In this document: positions 63,301 through 64,000 of the stretch, piece by piece | Position numbering within the stretch: position 1 is the first letter of the stretch | Layout: the number at the start of each line of letters is the position of its first letter | Assembly: GCA_025201805.1 (NCBI GenBank) | Contig: MU619253.1 | Coordinates: 2,202 to 66,201, forward strand | DNA from: Parasitella parasitica NRRL 2501 | Taxonomy: Eukaryota > Fungi > Mucoromycota | Length of the DNA stretch: 64,000 nt | Direction of reading: 5' to 3' | Translations under genes and position numbers: made by a program | Notes under the pieces: generated by a model | The model's database searches: none | What the model was told of the DNA's origin: nothing | What the model saw: the letters and a program-made list of their open reading frames with translations, nothing else

Positions 63301-64000
63301 ATGACATCCCCACTCAATATGTCAGCCAAATCATACAGCTTTTGCCCTTTGACGCATCTGATAACATTGCTTCAATCCTCGTTTATAATCCAAACTCGCA
63401 TTTACGCAAATATGTCAAAAAGCTGCCTCGTCCATTATCACACAAAATGACCAAGCGTACATTTTTTGCGGTGACACTTGCTGAACTGCACGAATATATC
63501 AGCCCTAACGAGCTCCGATTACCCAAATCAACCAGTAAGTGCCCCCTCCCCCTCGAAAAACCTTGATGCACTCTTTGCTTAACACAGGAAACGTATATAG
63601 CATCTCTTGACACTGAGCAATGCCATGTCTTTCATCCTGTGAACCGACTGTCTCAGTACAAGGTCAATATCCCCATAACCATCAAAGTCAGTTCTGAATA
63701 TGTCCAGGTGATGACTGTGCGCAAACAAGAGTTTCTGTATGGTGTATCAACTGTCATCAATGATGTGTTTTTAATTTCTGAAATTGACGATATCACCCTT
63801 GTAACCAATACCCGAAATCAAGAAACTGCCAATGAATTCCATTTCAAATATAACAAAGGGAAATCCCAGCATGTATTTACATCCTTGAAACGAGAAGCTA
63901 TCGTAAATGTAAGTTTATGCTCTTTGAGAACATATTGAGGCCTGGACACTAAACAGACAATACAACTAGACAATTCGCCATAATAAAAGAAGATTAGAAA
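57346..64000 (+). CDS. NF1: Neurofibromin / IRA1-IRA2-like Ras GTPase-activating protein, 5' part (truncated by the window end); multi-exon
   Basis: N-terminal HEAT-like region ('LSASNWNAVF', 'WGWIETYPGEF', 'LWPLQTMLLILCPD'), 'AMSNLLSANVDAGL', arginine finger 'ELLRRTS', RasGAP signature 'FLRFFCPAIVSP..KVIQNLAN', followed by Sec14/CRAL-TRIO and PH-like regions. Confidence 0.95.

Noticed and set aside
1-64000. CRISPR arrays, tRNA and rRNA genes
   Set aside because: No regularly spaced repeat-spacer array and no cloverleaf or rRNA-like sequence seen by eye. tRNAscan-SE or Infernal would be needed to exclude small RNAs.

Overview
Gene-dense, intron-rich eukaryotic DNA. Short (about 50-80 nt) GT-AG introns with CTAAC/CTAAT branch sites, AT-rich intergenic DNA and the gene set point to a Mucorales-type fungus (inference). 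Supportable genes in order: FUBP-like KH RNA-binding protein (-), HemK/PrmC methyltransferase (+), an 80-aa three-exon microprotein (+), an orphan single-exon ORF (+), FMP27/Hobbit lipid-transfer protein (-), SET-domain methyltransferase (-), PAN3 (+), M13 neprilysin-like peptidase copy 1 (-), phosphatidylserine decarboxylase (+), a possible ATRIP/Rad26-like protein (-), UPF0014 permease (+), BAP31 (-), an HSF-domain factor (+), PPPDE/DeSI peptidase (+), an AT-hook protein (-), an M13 pseudogene plus two more intact M13 copies (-), and neurofibromin/IRA RasGAP (+, runs off the window end). Most notable observations: (1) a decayed Fanzor/TnpB-like RNA-guided nuclease C-terminus at about 50200-50425, close to a Merlin/ISXO2-like transposase fragment, inside the M13 array; (2) an M13 peptidase family with no visible secretion signal whose catalytic segment, including an intron that splits HEXXH, looks homogenised by gene conversion; (3) a probable 2-nt micro-exon in the neurofibromin gene; (4) a 542-bp MITE-like element with perfect 17-bp TIRs. 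Exon boundaries were read by eye and no database searches were run. No tRNA, rRNA or CRISPR array was recognised.
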